64,000 nt of DNA from an uncultured Gammaproteobacteria bacterium (GCA_964502885.1 CAZCXU010000001.1:17994-81993), one strand, 5' to 3'. Positions 30,537 to 40,652 are shown, counted from the first letter of the stretch. Notes: generated from the sequence alone by a model not told the origin. Program-made: numbers and translations.

Positions 30537-31397
30537 ATGCTGTTTGCAAACGATTGGATAGATTATGAGCTGGTAGATTCCGGGCAAGGAGCAAAACTGG
30601 AAAGATGGGGACAGTTTTTGACAGTAAGACCAGATCCGCGGGCTATTTGGAAAAGAACACTTTCAAAAACGGAATGGGAAGAATGTGATGCACACTTTGT
30701 TAATAACGAAGATAGTGGTGAGTGGCAAATGCACAATTCCCCACCCACACCCTGGCAAATTTCATACAACGGACTAAAGTTCAATCTAAAACCCACAGAC
30801 TTCAGACATGTGGGAATATTTCCAGAACAAGCAGCCAACTGGAACTGGCTACAGGAAAGACTTCACAAAACGATTCTTAATGATAGACCTAGAGTATTGA
30901 ATCTGTTTGCATACACAGGTGGGGCTACATTAGCCTGTCTGAAAGCGGGTGCACATGTAACTCATGTAGACTCCTCAAAACCAGCTATGTTGTGGGCTTC
31001 AGAAAACGTAACACTGTCCAAACTCGACAAACAAAGCGTGAGGTGGATACAAGATGATGCAGTAAAATTTGTCAAACGAGAAATTCGCAGAGGCGTAAAA
31101 TACGATGGAATTATTATGGATCCGCCACGTTTTGGACATGGCACAAGAGGAGAAGTGTGGAAACTAGCTGACAACTTAAGTGAATTGATTCAGGATTGTG
31201 CCAACATATTATCCGATAATCCTGCTTTCTTTTTGGTAAATGCGTACACTGCCGATCTGTCACCTATTGCCATTGAGCATGTAATAAAAGATGCATTAAA
31301 ATTTGCGACTATTGAATCCGGAGAGGTGGGATTAAAAGAGACCGCATCAGGTAAAATCCTACCAGCGGGAATATTTGGCAGAGCGATCTTTGATTAA
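30537..31397 (+). CDS. Class I SAM-dependent rRNA methyltransferase, RlmI/RlmK-like catalytic domain without PUA
   Basis: 286 aa from ATG 30537. VLNLFAYTGGATLACLKAGA (SAM motif I), DSSKPA, and the active-site region GIIMDPPRFG. It occupies the position where rpsD-rpoA-rplQ normally follow rpsK. Confidence 0.7.
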   Translation: MLFANDWIDYELVDSGQGAKLERWGQFLTVRPDPRAIWKRTLSKTEWEECDAHFVNNEDSGEWQMHNSPPTPWQISYNGLKFNLKPTDFRHVGIFPEQAANWNWLQERLHKTILNDRPRVLNLFAYTGGATLACLKAGAHVTHVDSSKPAMLWASENVTLSKLDKQSVRWIQDDAVKFVKREIRRGVKYDGIIMDPPRFGHGTRGEVWKLADNLSELIQDCANILSDNPAFFLVNAYTADLSPIAIEHVIKDALKFATIESGEVGLKETASGKILPAGIFGRAIFD

Positions 31398-31464
31398 TTG
31401 GAATTGAAACCGAAAATATGATAATATCCTCTAGTAATTTGTTGGCTGATGGAGGTGACCCAGT

Positions 31465-31722
31465 ATAAACAATAAAAAATTATTCGTTGGCAATTTAAGT
31501 TGGAATGTCACCTCTGATCAATTAAGACAACTGTTTGAAAAAGCAGGAGAGGTAGTTGATGCAGTAGTTCTTTCAGACCGAGCGACTGGCAGGAGCAAAG
31601 GATTTGGTTTTGTCGAAATGAAATCTGATGAAGACGCACAAAAAGCAATTTCTATGTTTGCTGATCAGGACTTCGAAGGAAGAAAGATGACAGTAAATGT
31701 TGCCAGACCAAAAGCAAACTAA
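31465..31722 (+). CDS. RRM (RNA recognition motif) RNA-binding protein with no canonical start codon. ATA at 31465 is the candidate start.
   Basis: Manual translation gives (I)NNKKLFVGNLSWNVTSDQLRQLFEKAGEVVDAVVLSDRATGRSKGFGFVEMKSDEDAQKAISMFADQDFEGRKMTVNVARPKAN, with RNP2 LFVGNL and RNP1 KGFGFVEM. The frame opens after TGA at 31456-58. No ATG, GTG or TTG occurs before the RNP motifs. A perfect SD GGAGGTGA (31451-58) sits 6 nt before ATA 31465. Confidence 0.6.
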   Translation: MNNKKLFVGNLSWNVTSDQLRQLFEKAGEVVDAVVLSDRATGRSKGFGFVEMKSDEDAQKAISMFADQDFEGRKMTVNVARPKAN

Positions 31723-31741
31723 AAACTTAGTTAGGCAACAA

Positions 31742-31786
31742 GAAGAGAGGGGAAGTTTGGAATTAATTTACCACTTCCCCTTCTTC
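31742..31786. terminator. Bidirectional hairpin between the convergent RRM gene and dnaK
   Basis: GAAGAGAGGGGAAGT (31742-56) pairs with ACTTCCCCTTCTTC (31773-86), giving a 14-bp stem with one bulge and a 16-nt loop. The right arm overlaps the dnaK stop region. Confidence 0.5.
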
Positions 31787-33643
31787 GGGTTTGGTGGCAT
31801 CTGATGGAGAATTGGAGTTTTCGGAAGCTGCTTCTTTTGGATTCTGTGATTGTTGATAGGCACTACTGCCAAGTTTTTGCAACGCTTCAAGTAGGTCCTT
31901 GGACTTTGAGTCTAGTTCTGACTTATCTGCTGTTTCGAGAACATCCTTCAATGATTTCGCCCTGGCTTCAACTTCGGACTTTAGATCAGCGGGTACTTTG
32001 TCCCCCAAATCCTTGAGGGTTTTTTCGGAAGTAATAAGGAGGGAATCAGCCTGATTACGGGCCTCAATCTTGGCTTTCTTTTCTTCGTCCTCCTGTCGAT
32101 ATTTATCGGCTTCAGCACGCATCCGTTCAACTTCTTTTTCGTCTAAATTAGTTGAGTTGGTAATAGTGATGTGCTGAAGTTTTGCGGTGGCTTTGTCTTT
32201 TGCCGAAACTTTTAGAATGCCTGAAGCATCTATATCAAAGGTGACTTCAACCTGAGGAACGCCTCGTGGGGCCGGAGGGATACCGTCGAGAATAAAGCGG
32301 CCCAAAGTCTTGTTGTCAGTAGCCATAGGGCGTTCTCCTTGAAGTACATGGATTTCAACTGAAGTCTGACTGTCAGCTGCGGTAGAAAAAGTTTGAGATT
32401 TGCTGGTAGGAATGGTGGTATTTCTTTCTATAAGAGGAGTCATAACCCCACCCAAAGTCTCGAGTCCGAGTGTAAGGGGTGTCACATCCAAAAGAACTAC
32501 GTCTTTGACATCGCCAGTCAGAACCCCCCCCTGAATAGCCGCTCCAATAGCAACCACCTCATCCGGATTAACACTACGGTTTGGTTCTTTTCCAAAGAAT
32601 TTCTTTACGGTCTCAACAACCTTTGGCATCCGGGTCATGCCGCCGACCATAACGATTTCGTCGATATCCGAAACAGTTTTCTTGGCGTCTTTCAAACAAG
32701 CCTTTACAGGCTCTATAGTTTGACTAATTAAATCGTCTACAATTGACTCGAGCTTTGCGCGACTAATTTTCAGATTTAAATGAAGCGGTGTGCCGTCTTT
32801 TTGAGTGATATACGGCTGGCTTATTTCTGCCTCCATTGCCGATGAGAGCTCTATCTTGGCTTTTTCTGCAGCATCCCGGACTCGCTGCAGCGCTTGAGTG
32901 TCTTTTTTAAGATCAGCACCATATTCTTTTTTGAACTCATCGATGATCCAGTTCATGATTTTCTCGTCAAAATCATCACCACCCAAGTGCGTGTCACCGT
33001 TAGTGGCCTTTACTTCAAATACCCCATCACCCAGTTCGAGAATTGAGATGTCGAACGTGCCGCCCCCGAGATCGTAAACGGCCACCGTGTGAGCATTCTT
33101 TTTGTCTAAACCATAAGCTAACGCTGCCGCAGTCGGCTCATTGATTATGCGCTCAACTTTTAATCCGGCTATCTCTCCCGCCTGTTTGGTAGCCTGACGT
33201 TGGGAATCATCAAAATATGCCGGTACCGTAATGACAGCCCGATCAACCGCTGCTCCCAGATAGGCTTCGGCGTGCGCCTTCATGGTCTGAAGGGTCTTAG
33301 CAGAAATTTCCTGGGGTGTGTAAGATTTATCATTGACCTCAACAACCGCCATGCCATCTTTTCCAGAAACTATTCTGTAAGGCACCATCTCCTGAGTTCG
33401 CTTGACTTCTGGATCGGTAGCCTTGCGACCCATTAATCTTTTGACGCTATAGATTGTGTTTTTGGGATTAAGAATCATTTGGCGTTTTGCAACGTCACCA
33501 ACAAGATTCTTCACAGGCTCTACGACTGATGGAGTTACGTTTCGGCCAGTATCGGATGCAGGGATAACTTTTGTACCACCAGACTCCATCACAGCAACAC
33601 AGCTGTTGGTAGTACCGAGATCGATTCCTATAATTTTTGACAT
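31763..33643 (-). CDS. dnaK: Chaperone DnaK (Hsp70)
   Basis: Start at ATG 33643 ([18 protein letters not shown]), 5 nt after the grpE stop. The ORF-track extension to 33676 would overlap grpE. About 626 aa with full NBD and SBD. Confidence 0.95.
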   Translation of the reverse strand: MSKIIGIDLGTTNSCVAVMESGGTKVIPASDTGRNVTPSVVEPVKNLVGDVAKRQMILNPKNTIYSVKRLMGRKATDPEVKRTQEMVPYRIVSGKDGMAVVEVNDKSYTPQEISAKTLQTMKAHAEAYLGAAVDRAVITVPAYFDDSQRQATKQAGEIAGLKVERIINEPTAAALAYGLDKKNAHTVAVYDLGGGTFDISILELGDGVFEVKATNGDTHLGGDDFDEKIMNWIIDEFKKEYGADLKKDTQALQRVRDAAEKAKIELSSAMEAEISQPYITQKDGTPLHLNLKISRAKLESIVDDLISQTIEPVKACLKDAKKTVSDIDEIVMVGGMTRMPKVVETVKKFFGKEPNRSVNPDEVVAIGAAIQGGVLTGDVKDVVLLDVTPLTLGLETLGGVMTPLIERNTTIPTSKSQTFSTAADSQTSVEIHVLQGERPMATDNKTLGRFILDGIPPAPRGVPQVEVTFDIDASGILKVSAKDKATAKLQHITITNSTNLDEKEVERMRAEADKYRQEDEEKKAKIEARNQADSLLITSEKTLKDLGDKVPADLKSEVEARAKSLKDVLETADKSELDSKSKDLLEALQKLGSSAYQQSQNPKEAASENSNSPSDATKPEEGEVVN

Positions 33644-33647
33644 ATGC

Positions 33648-34178
33648 TTAATTTGGTGCGGAATCAATTTTAACATCAGAATCAGCAGATGTGAATTTGT
33701 AGACTTTTACCTTTGCGGGCCGTAAGACAAAGTCACCCAAGCGATAACCTTTCAGAATTACTTCTGCAATAGTGTTGTCTTTTGAGTTTTCAGGGGTGGC
33801 CAATGTTTCGGAACATTCGTGCTGGGCGTGATCAAAAGTAGTGTTGTCATCGGGAGAGATAACGACCAATCCCTCCTCACTAAGAGCCTGATGGAACTGC
33901 TTAGCTGCCATCTGAACCCCTAGATCCGAATTGTGCGCAGCAGCCAATTCTATGATGTCCAGACTAGGAATTAGCCTGGCGATGAGATTTGCGTTGGCCA
34001 TGCGAGAAAATTCCCGGCGATCACTTTCGACTCGGCGGAGTAAGTTTTGATAGTCTGCCAACGCCCTCTTCCAATTTTCGTCCAGTACCTTTATTTGAGC
34101 CTGCAAATCAGACAATTCAGTTTTGGTTGTGTCGGTTTTCTTAGTACTCATATTTTTACCAGTTACTGTTGAGCTCAT
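33648..34178 (-). CDS. grpE: Nucleotide exchange factor GrpE
   Basis: 176 aa. [15 protein letters not shown] and the C-terminal beta domain. Operon position between hrcA and dnaK. Confidence 0.9.
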   Translation of the reverse strand: MSSTVTGKNMSTKKTDTTKTELSDLQAQIKVLDENWKRALADYQNLLRRVESDRREFSRMANANLIARLIPSLDIIELAAAHNSDLGVQMAAKQFHQALSEEGLVVISPDDNTTFDHAQHECSETLATPENSKDNTIAEVILKGYRLGDFVLRPAKVKVYKFTSADSDVKIDSAPN

Positions 34179-34887
34179 TAATTAAGTTTGAAAAATACCT
34201 TAAACTGGGGACAACGCGAGGGAAGTCGAGACGACACGGGCCCATAACAGCTAAAGACCCGCGGCGATTCTTTCCGGCGGCAAAATGAGCAAACGCAAGG
34301 CCCACTGGCTCAAAGTATGGCCAACCCAAGTCAGAACCAAAAACTATATGAACTGGATCCTGGCCATAATTTTTTTGAAAAAACAATTCGCTGAGGCGAT
34401 TTTGTTGATCAAGCAGTGACAGGACTGTGCGAGTCACGTCGATATCAAAAAACTCTGGAGTGTCGAGAATATTCGAAACGCCGGCGTAGTATATATCCCC
34501 CTGATCTGTTGCAGCGACAGCTAAGTTTCCCGTCTGTTGAGCCAAAGCAAGTGTGGCATGACGCATGAGCCGGTCAAAATCAAAACGGGAATCCCACATA
34601 CGCTCTTTAGCCGTAACCTCCTCAGCGACGCTGAGCTGCTTTTCCTGCATTAGATTGTCTACGTAATAACGCAATCCCATGGGAGTCGGAACCCTGCCAG
34701 CTGAGGTGTGAGGTTGCTTTAAGAGCCCCTCATCTGTTAAATGCGCCATTTCATTTCTGATGGTTGCGGGGGATACTCCTAAATTAAATTTTTTTTCAAT
34801 TTGTTCACTTGCAACTGGCTCTGCAGAAGAAATGTATTCCTCTACTATTGCTTTTAGAATTTGAGTTTGCCGATTGCTTAAGTTCAT
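34156..34887 (-). CDS. hrcA: Heat-inducible transcription repressor HrcA
   Basis: Start at ATG 34887 (MNLSNRQTQILKAIVEEYISSAEPVASEQI...ATIRNEMAHLTDEGLLKQPHTSAGRVPT). The ORF-track start at 34929 would read through the CIRCE element. Confidence 0.85.
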   Translation of the reverse strand: MNLSNRQTQILKAIVEEYISSAEPVASEQIEKKFNLGVSPATIRNEMAHLTDEGLLKQPHTSAGRVPTPMGLRYYVDNLMQEKQLSVAEEVTAKERMWDSRFDFDRLMRHATLALAQQTGNLAVAATDQGDIYYAGVSNILDTPEFFDIDVTRTVLSLLDQQNRLSELFFQKNYGQDPVHIVFGSDLGWPYFEPVGLAFAHFAAGKNRRGSLAVMGPCRLDFPRVVPSLRYFSNLINELNSNW

Positions 34888-34892
34888 ATGAA

Positions 34893-34919
34893 TTAGCAAT
34901 AAATTAACACGAGTGCTAA
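34893..34919. promoter_or_regulatory. CIRCE operator (TTAGCAATA-N9-GAGTGCTAA) immediately upstream of hrcA
   Basis: The right half-site GAGTGCTAA is perfect. The left half matches 7 of 9 positions. The spacer is 9 nt, as in CIRCE. It lies 5 nt from the hrcA ATG. Confidence 0.6.
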
Positions 34920-34969
34920 TCAATGTCAATACCAGTAAATTTTAGAAAAAACTAAAGTACAATAGAAGG

Positions 34970-36322
34970 ATGAAGGGACAAAGAGAGAAGGAGCCGCGAT
35001 ACTCATTCATCGTTGTAGTACTGATGGCACTGATGCTACCGGGACTTCTCAAACTTGCTAATGGAGCAATCAGGTATATGGCGGGGGCTGAAGGAAGACT
35101 GGCTTCAATAACCATAGATAGTGATGGTGAATTGGGAAATATGCCGAGAGTATGGGAGTCCCTTGCTCAAGGTGGAGAGAATTTGAGGACTTTTCTGGAT
35201 GGGGATATCGGAGATGTAATCCGGCTTAAACCAAAGTACATTCGCATAGATCATATATATGATGAGTTCAAGGTGGTGAGTCGAAGTAATGGGCAGCTTA
35301 TATATGACTGGACTGCACTTGATCATACTGTAGAGAGAATTGCATCTGTGGGGGCTAAGCCATTTTTTGCACTATCATATATGCCTCCAGCGATTTCCAA
35401 GGATGGTTCCATACTGGCTGAGCCAAACAATTGGAAGGATTGGGAGGCGGTTGTACAAAAAACAATTGAACACTTCAGCGGGGAACTGGGCATTGAGGAT
35501 GTGTACTATGAAGTATGGAATGAGCCAGACTTGTTTGGTAAGTGGACTATGGGAGGAAAAAAGGACTACAAAGTTCTTTATATGTACGCATCCAGAGGCG
35601 CGACAGCGGCCAAAAATGTAAAACCATTTAAAATCGGCGGTCCAGGTACATCCGGACTATATAAGAATTGGCTTGATCGTTTTTTCCCGTTTATTTTGTC
35701 AAACAAATTAAGATTGGATTTTTTTTCCTGGCACAGGTACGACTTAGACCTCACGAAATATGCACAGGATATTCGTAGTGTGGATGCCTGGCTGGAAAGA
35801 CATCCATACTTCTCCCGAGTTGAAAAGATTATCTCTGAGATGGGACCAAACAGTGAGATGGGCAACGAAAACGACACACATGTGGGAGCAGCCCACACCG
35901 TAGCCACAGCTAAGGAGCTGTTACAAAAAGTAGATATGGGTTTTAATTTTGCGGTAAATGGGAGCTGGGGAATACTGGGTAGACCAAGGTATAAAGCACT
36001 TGAATATCTGGCGTCTCTACCACAAACCCGACTTTCGCTCTCCGGCGAGGGTACTTGGGTTAAAGCAATAGCAGCTGCTGATAAAAACGCGTCAGAGGTT
36101 CGGGTGATATTGGTAAACTACGACCAAAAAGGGATTCACAACGAGGTGGTTCCTGTGAATTTCACAGGGCTCAAGGGAAGTAAATATAAACTAACAACTG
36201 AACTACTGGATGGCATGAGGCTAGATGAAGTAATTGCAACTACGAGCAGTTTGCTTCAATATAAGGTCCCCATGACCGCAAACTCAGTAGCCAGAGTGGT
36301 ACTCAGCGTCTTAGAAGACTAA
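34970..36322 (+). CDS. Membrane-anchored glycoside hydrolase, TIM-barrel GH39/GH5-like
   Basis: 450 aa. N-terminal signal anchor (MKGQREKEPRYSFIVVVLMALMLPG). DVYYEVWNEPDLFG carries the NEP acid/base catalytic motif of clan GH-A. TACAAT at 34958-63 is 6 nt upstream of the ATG. Confidence 0.6.
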   Translation: MKGQREKEPRYSFIVVVLMALMLPGLLKLANGAIRYMAGAEGRLASITIDSDGELGNMPRVWESLAQGGENLRTFLDGDIGDVIRLKPKYIRIDHIYDEFKVVSRSNGQLIYDWTALDHTVERIASVGAKPFFALSYMPPAISKDGSILAEPNNWKDWEAVVQKTIEHFSGELGIEDVYYEVWNEPDLFGKWTMGGKKDYKVLYMYASRGATAAKNVKPFKIGGPGTSGLYKNWLDRFFPFILSNKLRLDFFSWHRYDLDLTKYAQDIRSVDAWLERHPYFSRVEKIISEMGPNSEMGNENDTHVGAAHTVATAKELLQKVDMGFNFAVNGSWGILGRPRYKALEYLASLPQTRLSLSGEGTWVKAIAAADKNASEVRVILVNYDQKGIHNEVVPVNFTGLKGSKYKLTTELLDGMRLDEVIATTSSLLQYKVPMTANSVARVVLSVLED

Positions 36323-38109
36323 TCTATTTTGAGGATGGAAAGAAACGCTTCCTGGGGTAAATCTACTTTACCGACCCGTTTCATTCTGGCCTTACCCTTC
36401 TTTTGTTTTTTGAGAAGCTTATCCTTACGGGTTTGATCTCCCCCATAAAGCTTGGCAGTGACATCCTTACGAAAAGCTTTCAGGTCTGCCCTGGCTACAA
36501 CGTGGCTACCGATAGCCGCCTGTATAACAACTTCATATTGCTGCCGAGGAATAATCTCTTTAAGTCTCTCGACCAGTTGTCGTCCCATTCCCTGGCTCTG
36601 AAACTTGGGGACTATCTGGGAAAGAGAATCTATTCGCTCCTGTGAAATGAGAATGTCGAGACGAATCAAATCCGATGGCACAAATCCGATAATTTCATAA
36701 TCCAAAGTAGCAAATCCCTGGGAAACACTCTTCAGTTGATCGTAAAACTTGCGAATCAATTCGACTAGGGGGAGTTGATAGGTCAGACGCACTAGGCTTC
36801 CTAGGTATGTCATGTCCAGCATTACTCCCCTATGATTTTGACAAAGCTGCATGGTTGCACCCACATAGGTGACCGGAACAAAAACGTTTAATAGCAGAAC
36901 AGGTTCACGAATCTCGCGAACAAATGACATATCCGGCAAATCCATAGCACGAGAAATGTGGATAATTTCACCCGTAGTGGTAAGCACCTCATATTCTACA
37001 GATGGGGCTACTGCGATAAGGTCTATATTGAATTCCCGCTCGAGTCGCTCTTGGACTATATCGGCATGTAAAAGCCCCAATAAGCCCAGGCGAAAACCAT
37101 TACCCAACGCAGGGGAAAATTCCGGCTGATAAGCAATCGAACTGTCCTGAAGTTTTAGTTTATCCAGCGCGTCACGCAACAAATTGATTTCAGCACCATC
37201 CAATGGGTAAAAACTGACAAATACGACAGGTTTGATCGGCTGATATCCTGGCAACTGCTGAATAGCTGGAGCATCTTCAGAAGTCAGAGTGTCTCCTACG
37301 TTAATCAGGGATGGATCGCGTAATCCGGTGACGATGTAACCAACTTCGCCAGCAGACAAGCCGGGAGCGCTTTTGCGGAACGGCACAAAGAACCCCACTT
37401 CAATTGCAGAAAGATGAGCAGAAGTCCCCAGCAAACGAAGTTTTTGACCAGCAGTAATTACCCCATCGACCAACCGGATCCAGGCTAGCACCCCCAAATG
37501 CGGATCATAACTAGAATTAAACACCAAGGCCCGAGGAGAAGAAGATATTGATGCGTCCCCGTGTGGCGCGGGAATACGCTTAACTATTTCACTGAGTAGC
37601 TCAGGAATACCGACCCCGGTTTTGGCTGATATTTTTAGTATCGAATCTGGTTCGAAATGAAAAACGTCGACCATCTGGCGCACTGTTTCTGCAACGTTGG
37701 CTGTTGAGACGTCAATTTTATTGATAACAGGTACAATCGCCAGATTTTGCTTTATGGCCTGTTGATAATGAGCGAGTGTCTGCGCCTGAACTCCCTGCGT
37801 GGAATCTACCAAAAGAATGACCCCCTCACAGGCTGCAAGCGAGCGACTGACTTCGTAAGAAAAATCCACATGTCCAGGAGTATCAATAAGATTAAAGATA
37901 TAGTTCTGCCCTGCCTCATTGTAGATCATTCTGACCGGAGCAAGTTTTATAGTGATTCCCCGCTCACGTTCAATGGGGTTACTGTCCAAAAGCTGCTCCT
38001 GCATTTCACGCTTGGATACGGTGTGCGTCTCCTCGAGAAGACGATCTGCTAGCGTGGATTTGCCATGATCAATATGGGCAACGATGGCAAAATTACGAAT
38101 GCTGTTCAC
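36319..38109 (-). CDS. lepA: Elongation factor 4 (LepA)
   Basis: 596 aa. IRNFAIVAHIDHGKSTLADRLL, DTPGHVDF, and the LepA-specific C-terminal domain. Confidence 0.95.
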   Translation of the reverse strand: MNSIRNFAIVAHIDHGKSTLADRLLEETHTVSKREMQEQLLDSNPIERERGITIKLAPVRMIYNEAGQNYIFNLIDTPGHVDFSYEVSRSLAACEGVILLVDSTQGVQAQTLAHYQQAIKQNLAIVPVINKIDVSTANVAETVRQMVDVFHFEPDSILKISAKTGVGIPELLSEIVKRIPAPHGDASISSSPRALVFNSSYDPHLGVLAWIRLVDGVITAGQKLRLLGTSAHLSAIEVGFFVPFRKSAPGLSAGEVGYIVTGLRDPSLINVGDTLTSEDAPAIQQLPGYQPIKPVVFVSFYPLDGAEINLLRDALDKLKLQDSSIAYQPEFSPALGNGFRLGLLGLLHADIVQERLEREFNIDLIAVAPSVEYEVLTTTGEIIHISRAMDLPDMSFVREIREPVLLLNVFVPVTYVGATMQLCQNHRGVMLDMTYLGSLVRLTYQLPLVELIRKFYDQLKSVSQGFATLDYEIIGFVPSDLIRLDILISQERIDSLSQIVPKFQSQGMGRQLVERLKEIIPRQQYEVVIQAAIGSHVVARADLKAFRKDVTAKLYGGDQTRKDKLLKKQKKGKARMKRVGKVDLPQEAFLSILKID

Positions 38110-38144
38110 GGGGCTAATTTTACCATCAATAAGGCTCTGTGAAT

Positions 38145-39818
38145 TTAAAATCCAGGACCGTTGGCGTGGCCGATCAATGGCTCACGGGTACGTGATAAGC
38201 CGCTTTTACGGAATAAAGCGTGTCGACTGAGTGTCGAAAAAATAGTTCGAAGCTGTTCCACATGGAATAAATATGAAAAAAGCAAATAGACAGCAATGCC
38301 TATTGCCGAACTTATCACTGTTAGCATAAGCAATGGAATGGTGCGAGTGGTATCAAATACAAAACGGTCAAGCAAACGCATAGGAATCCAAAGACTTATG
38401 CCTGAGATCAGACCTGTCACAAATAACTTTCCTACTGAAGTAAAAAAATGAGATAAACTCCAGCGGTCCATTCCTATCCTTCCTGAGAGAATTTGAAAAA
38501 GGATAATACTCTCAATCAGTGATGATGCAGAAATACCTACAGCCAGTCCAAAAATTCCCAAAGACGTAAGATTTACAAGCAATACTGTTATTGATGTATT
38601 AAGAACTGCGCCTGCGATTCCAACCACTAAGGGAGTTTTTGTATCGTGGAGAGCGTAAAAACCACGAATAACCAACTGGGACACAGCTGAAAAGATTGAT
38701 GACAGACAAAGGATTGCAAGTAATTTCCCGGTAGTAATGGTGGCTATCCACGGAAATGACTTGGCACCGAAAACCAAGCGGACAATGGGAATGCGCAGAA
38801 CAATGAAGATAATGGTAATGGGGAGAGCCATAAAAACTATCTGCAAAAGCGAGTCCAAAAGGGTGCGGCGAAATGTCTTTTTGTCTGGTTCAGAAGCCAG
38901 GTGAGACAAAGCCGGAAGGGCAGCCTGGCCAATCGTGACTCCAAAAAGAGAAACAGGCAATGCGTACAGAAGTCTAGCAACATTAAACATCGTCAAAGAA
39001 CCGTGGCTCAATAGAGAGGCCAGTATTACAGCGACTAGCTGCTCTATCTGGTCGATACCCAAAGCCAATGCCCGTGGGGGCAACAGACGAAAAATTTCAA
39101 AAACATGAGGATTTCGGTAATTGAAAGATCTTATGGGGCGAAATCCCAATTTCACCGCAACGGGTATCTGTATGGCCATATGCAAAAATGCCCCAAATAC
39201 GACACCTATCGCCGGACCATAAATTCCCATAATTGGGGATAGAAATAGTGTGCCCATTATGATGCCGAGATTGTAAAGAATGGGAGCGATAGCAGGAATT
39301 AAAAAACGTTGATGCGATTGAATAATTCCTGTCATGAATCCGGAAATGCTGAAAAAAATCTGAGCAACTAACATCACACGAAGTACGCCAGTCATTGTGA
39401 TAATCTGCTGCTCGTTGAATCCGGGAGCTATTAGACGGCTGAGGGGATTGGCGAAGACAAAGATCAAGAGAGAAATTACCACAAATATCGCAAGCACCAG
39501 ATTCAGGGAAGTGCCAGCAACCAGCCAGAGATCCCTATCTTTTTTTGACAAAAGACGGGTGAATACCGGAATAAAAGCCGCTGAAAGAGATCCGATGACA
39601 AGTAATTGGAAGATCGTGTCCGGAATCACAAAAGCTGCGTAATATACGTCCAAAAGAGAAGTCTTGTCACCGAAGAACACACTGATAAGAAGCCTGGTCT
39701 TCAATAGTCCAATAAGATGCGAGGCAGCGAATGTGATCATAATAATGATGGCAGCCGAGAGAATGCTTGTCTGACGACGCAAAAAGAGACTACTTCCGTT
39801 TTTGAAAAGTTCTTTCAT
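38145..39818 (-). CDS. murJ: Lipid II flippase MurJ (MviN)
   Basis: Start at ATG 39818 (MKELFKNGSS...), 558 aa with 14 TM segments. The ORF-track extension to 40040 would run antisense across the whole of rpsT, so it was rejected. Confidence 0.8.
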   Translation of the reverse strand: MKELFKNGSSLFLRRQTSILSAAIIIMITFAASHLIGLLKTRLLISVFFGDKTSLLDVYYAAFVIPDTIFQLLVIGSLSAAFIPVFTRLLSKKDRDLWLVAGTSLNLVLAIFVVISLLIFVFANPLSRLIAPGFNEQQIITMTGVLRVMLVAQIFFSISGFMTGIIQSHQRFLIPAIAPILYNLGIIMGTLFLSPIMGIYGPAIGVVFGAFLHMAIQIPVAVKLGFRPIRSFNYRNPHVFEIFRLLPPRALALGIDQIEQLVAVILASLLSHGSLTMFNVARLLYALPVSLFGVTIGQAALPALSHLASEPDKKTFRRTLLDSLLQIVFMALPITIIFIVLRIPIVRLVFGAKSFPWIATITTGKLLAILCLSSIFSAVSQLVIRGFYALHDTKTPLVVGIAGAVLNTSITVLLVNLTSLGIFGLAVGISASSLIESIILFQILSGRIGMDRWSLSHFFTSVGKLFVTGLISGISLWIPMRLLDRFVFDTTRTIPLLMLTVISSAIGIAVYLLFSYLFHVEQLRTIFSTLSRHALFRKSGLSRTREPLIGHANGPGF

Positions 39819-39861
39819 GTGTGATATTATATGGCGGTTATATTGCAAATAATAGAAGGTT

Positions 39862-40098
39862 ATGCCGATATTACGAAACGCCATCCGCAAGCTGAGATCA
39901 GATAAGCGCAGATCAGCGGTCAACCAGAAAGTAAGAAGAAAAGCCAAGGAGACTGTTTCTTCGATGAGAAAAAAACCGACAGTAAAAACATTGGAATCCC
40001 TGTTTTCAGCTTTAGACAAAGCGGTTAAAGGTAGAGTCATTCACAAAAATAAGGCTGCAAGACTGAAGTCCCGACTTTCCAAGTTGATGAAGAAATAA
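39862..40098 (+). CDS. rpsT: 30S ribosomal protein S20
   Basis: 78 aa. MPILRNAIRKLRSDKRRSAVNQKVRRKAKETVSS...AARLKSRLSKLMKK is a typical S20. AGAAGG lies just upstream of the ATG. Confidence 0.9.
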   Translation: MPILRNAIRKLRSDKRRSAVNQKVRRKAKETVSSMRKKPTVKTLESLFSALDKAVKGRVIHKNKAARLKSRLSKLMKK

Positions 40099-40119
40099 AG
40101 CTATTGGTATACTGAGATA

Positions 40120-40647
40120 ATGCCTGCCCACTCCAGAGTTAATCTATTGCCTCCCTCGGAGTTTGAACTGAGCTTTTGGGGTAGGTTTTTAAGATGGGCA
40201 GTAACTACCGGCAGATATATCATTGTGCTAGCTGAATTGTTGGTAATACTAGCGTTTTTGTCCAGATTCAAGCTGGATGAAGACTTAAGAAATATCAATG
40301 AGCAAATAAACGGGCAGGTAAATTTTCTTGAACGCACATACAGGCAGGAATCAGAGTTTCGACAGCTCCAAAATAAAATTGCTTTAACTAAAAAATATCT
40401 GAACCTGCGCCCCTCGCCCTATGAAAGCCTGGATTACCTTGACAAGAGGCTGCCCGATGAAGTGGTGATAAGAACATGGAATATTAATATGGGGGAGTTC
40501 TCCTTTTCTGCCGAAACACAGAATGAGAAGGCCATGGGTAAAATAATGGCTACGATGTCTGGAGATAAAAAATGGAAAAGCATTGACGTGACGCAACTAT
40601 ACGGTGAAAAAGTCTCAGGAATTAAATTTTCAATTACAGCCAAGTAA
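40120..40647 (+). CDS. PilN-like type IV pilus assembly protein
   Basis: 175 aa. The N-terminal RVNLLPPSEFE is the INLLP PilM-binding motif of PilN. A single TM segment follows, then a coiled-coil/ferredoxin-like periplasmic part. Confidence 0.55.
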   Translation: MPAHSRVNLLPPSEFELSFWGRFLRWAVTTGRYIIVLAELLVILAFLSRFKLDEDLRNINEQINGQVNFLERTYRQESEFRQLQNKIALTKKYLNLRPSPYESLDYLDKRLPDEVVIRTWNINMGEFSFSAETQNEKAMGKIMATMSGDKKWKSIDVTQLYGEKVSGIKFSITAK

Positions 40648-40652
40648 GTCTT

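Noticed and set aside
38145-40040. ORF-track 631-aa version of murJ that extends to 40040
   Set aside because: The extension would run antisense through the complete, well-conserved rpsT gene (39862-40098). ATG 39818 gives a normal-length MurJ with a TATAAT 7 nt upstream.
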